This document shows, one piece after another, positions 62,147 through 64,000 of a stretch of 64,000 nt of DNA; position 1 is the stretch's first letter; the number at the start of each line of letters is the position of its first letter. The translations under genes were made by a program, and so were the position numbers. The notes beneath the pieces are model-generated. The model was not told where the DNA came from, searched no databases, and was given only the letters and a program-made list of their open reading frames with translations. This DNA comes from Octopus vulgaris (lineage: Eukaryota): assembly GCA_951406725.2 (NCBI GenBank), contig OX597814.1:204352001-204416000 (forward strand), given 5' to 3'.

Positions 62147-64000
62147 AATGTTTGTAATTTGGAGACAAAAATCACACAAGAAAAAAAAAAAAAACACAGA
62201 AAAGAAAGAAAATACAACCACAGCAGAAGAACACTGATATCTTGGCAGCAGGTGAGATGAATGGGTTAAAATTTATTGTAGTGGTTGACTGAAAATGATT
62301 TTAAAAAAGAAAAAAAAAGAAAAGAAAAGGCTTAAACAATTTTTTCATTCATCACAAGACAAGCTGAACAGATATATATATAAAAAATGATGGTTTTTTT
62401 TTTTTTTGAAAAGAATGAAAAAAAAAAAAAAAAAAAAGAAATCTCCAGCGAATGTTAAAACATTTGAAACTGATGGAGGTTTTTAAAGATGTTGGCGATG
62501 ATGCTGAGTGTGAATGGCACCTTTTAAAAACCACTGTATACATTGGTGAGAGTTGCTGCTGTTGATGCTGTCTGCATGGTGTAGCTGTTCAAATGTAAGA
62601 CTACTTTCTGATAATGTATTGACTTTTTTTTTTTTTAAAACATTTCCTTTATTTTTTTTCACTTTCTTAATTTCCATGGCCATAGCTTTTTACCTATAAA
62701 AATGTGTTCGTCTGGAAGTATTTCCTCATTTTCTGCCCCCCTCCCATTCTTCATTATTATTATTATTATTACTACTACTACTACAGTTGGTTTAAAAACC
62801 AGTTTAAGATGAAACAAAAAATCAACTGATTTCTTTTATAAAATGTCATCATGCCTGGCGATAAATTGTATTTTCGTTCTGATAAAAATTATGTGGTTTA
62901 GATATTGTCGTCATGCTAGCTTTTTGGCTGGTTTACAAACTTAACTGTTTTTGTATCTTTTCATTTTAAAACTCAAGTTAAAAGTGACTTGAATGCATTA
63001 AAAAATATTTTTTTTGCTTAGTTTCTAAATGTTCACCTCATGCAATAAAAACACTTAAAATAACTCTATAAAAACAATTCCCCTTGTAGTCTTGACTTCT
63101 GAAATATATATATATATAAAGAAAAAGAAAAATTATTTCGATCATAATCATTCTAGAAGTTGGTTTCTCTAAATGTATTAAATTTTTTAATAGTTGGGTT
63201 GGTTAACTGTAAATTTGTTGTGTTGGGAAACCATATTGAACATTATTGATTTTTAGTTTCAGCCAGTGTCTGTTGTAGTTAAGATATTTGATGATGATGG
63301 TTTCTATATCTTTTTTTTTTTCCTTGCTGTCATTATTCCACAAGGAGTAGTGTCGACTACAACATGAACTGTGAGCAAAACCGACATCATCCTTCTACCG
63401 CCTCCCTACTAAATTTTAAACCCCTCTTCTGTCTAGATTTACTTGAGATGACAATATTTCTGTCTTGTGTTTTAGGGCGGAGTCAACTCAGACCCGGGGC
63501 ATGTTCCAGGTTCCTGTTGATTGCTGCCGTTTTGTTGCTGCTTTTTTTGATGCCTCATTGCATCTGCAGTTGGAAGTGTAACCTCATTTGGTGGTATCAA
63601 TTTAATATAAGTCTTAAGTTTTTGATTACTAAAAAACCGATTACAGTTTAGCATCGACTAGACAAACTTTGACGAGGGTACCCCCTGTCTCTTATTGTCA
63701 GACCATCCTTTCTGTTCTCAAGCAGTTTTACTGTAAAGGGACTTTCCATATTTTGGGCTATTTTCAAGAATCCAACGACATAATTGACAACCCTGCCTCA
63801 TGCTTCCATCCCCTCTCCCTCCCCATCTTGCTTCAAATTAGTTCTTGACTTTAGTATACAGTTCTGAGAATGATAATGATTATAATAAATCTGCCAATAT
63901 ACCCTGCTGCCGGTGTGGCCGTCCCTAATTCACCTACCCAGCCTACTTATATCACTGTTATTGTTTTTGCTTATCCTGTTTCCTAATTTAAATTCCTAAA

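Noticed and set aside
61503-62237. 244-aa overlapping ORF and antisense ORFs over SRSF2
   Set aside because: Shadow frames expected from GC-rich RS-repeat codons; no recognisable domain.

Overview
AT-rich, repeat-dense eukaryotic genomic DNA. The SINE/LINE families and microsatellite load point to a coleoid cephalopod, most likely Octopus (inference). Four host genes are well supported: POLR2G/RPB7 (minus, 2 coding exons, 172 aa, 7.7-kb intron), tRNA-Arg(TCG) (minus, 32871-32943), BOLA3 (minus, 4 coding exons assembled by hand, 114 aa) and SRSF2/SC35 (plus, uninterrupted 297-aa CDS). A fifth minus-strand transcription unit is possible, with a duplicated promoter/first-exon block at about 15.3 and 17.3 kb and a candidate exon at 8236-8353. 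The rest is nested mobile DNA: non-LTR remnants (Tx1/L1, RTE, CR1, Dong/R4, HERO, CRE, Penelope-like), a Gypsy remnant, hAT, mariner, piggyBac and Helitron-like pieces, and several SINE families. The best leads are: (i) an intact minimal type-I hammerhead ribozyme at 3758-3800; (ii) a tRNA-derived SINE whose 3' tail matches the 3' end of the Tx1-like LINEs here; (iii) four non-autonomous elements with GG termini and 8/9-bp TSDs (Merlin-like), one a 2.2-kb foldback in the RPB7 intron; (iv) a SINE-bounded duplication with an invariant promoter-like core; (v) NMD-competent splice sites in the SRSF2 3' UTR. All family names come from recalled motifs, not database searches. Repeat boundaries are approximate unless a TSD is quoted.
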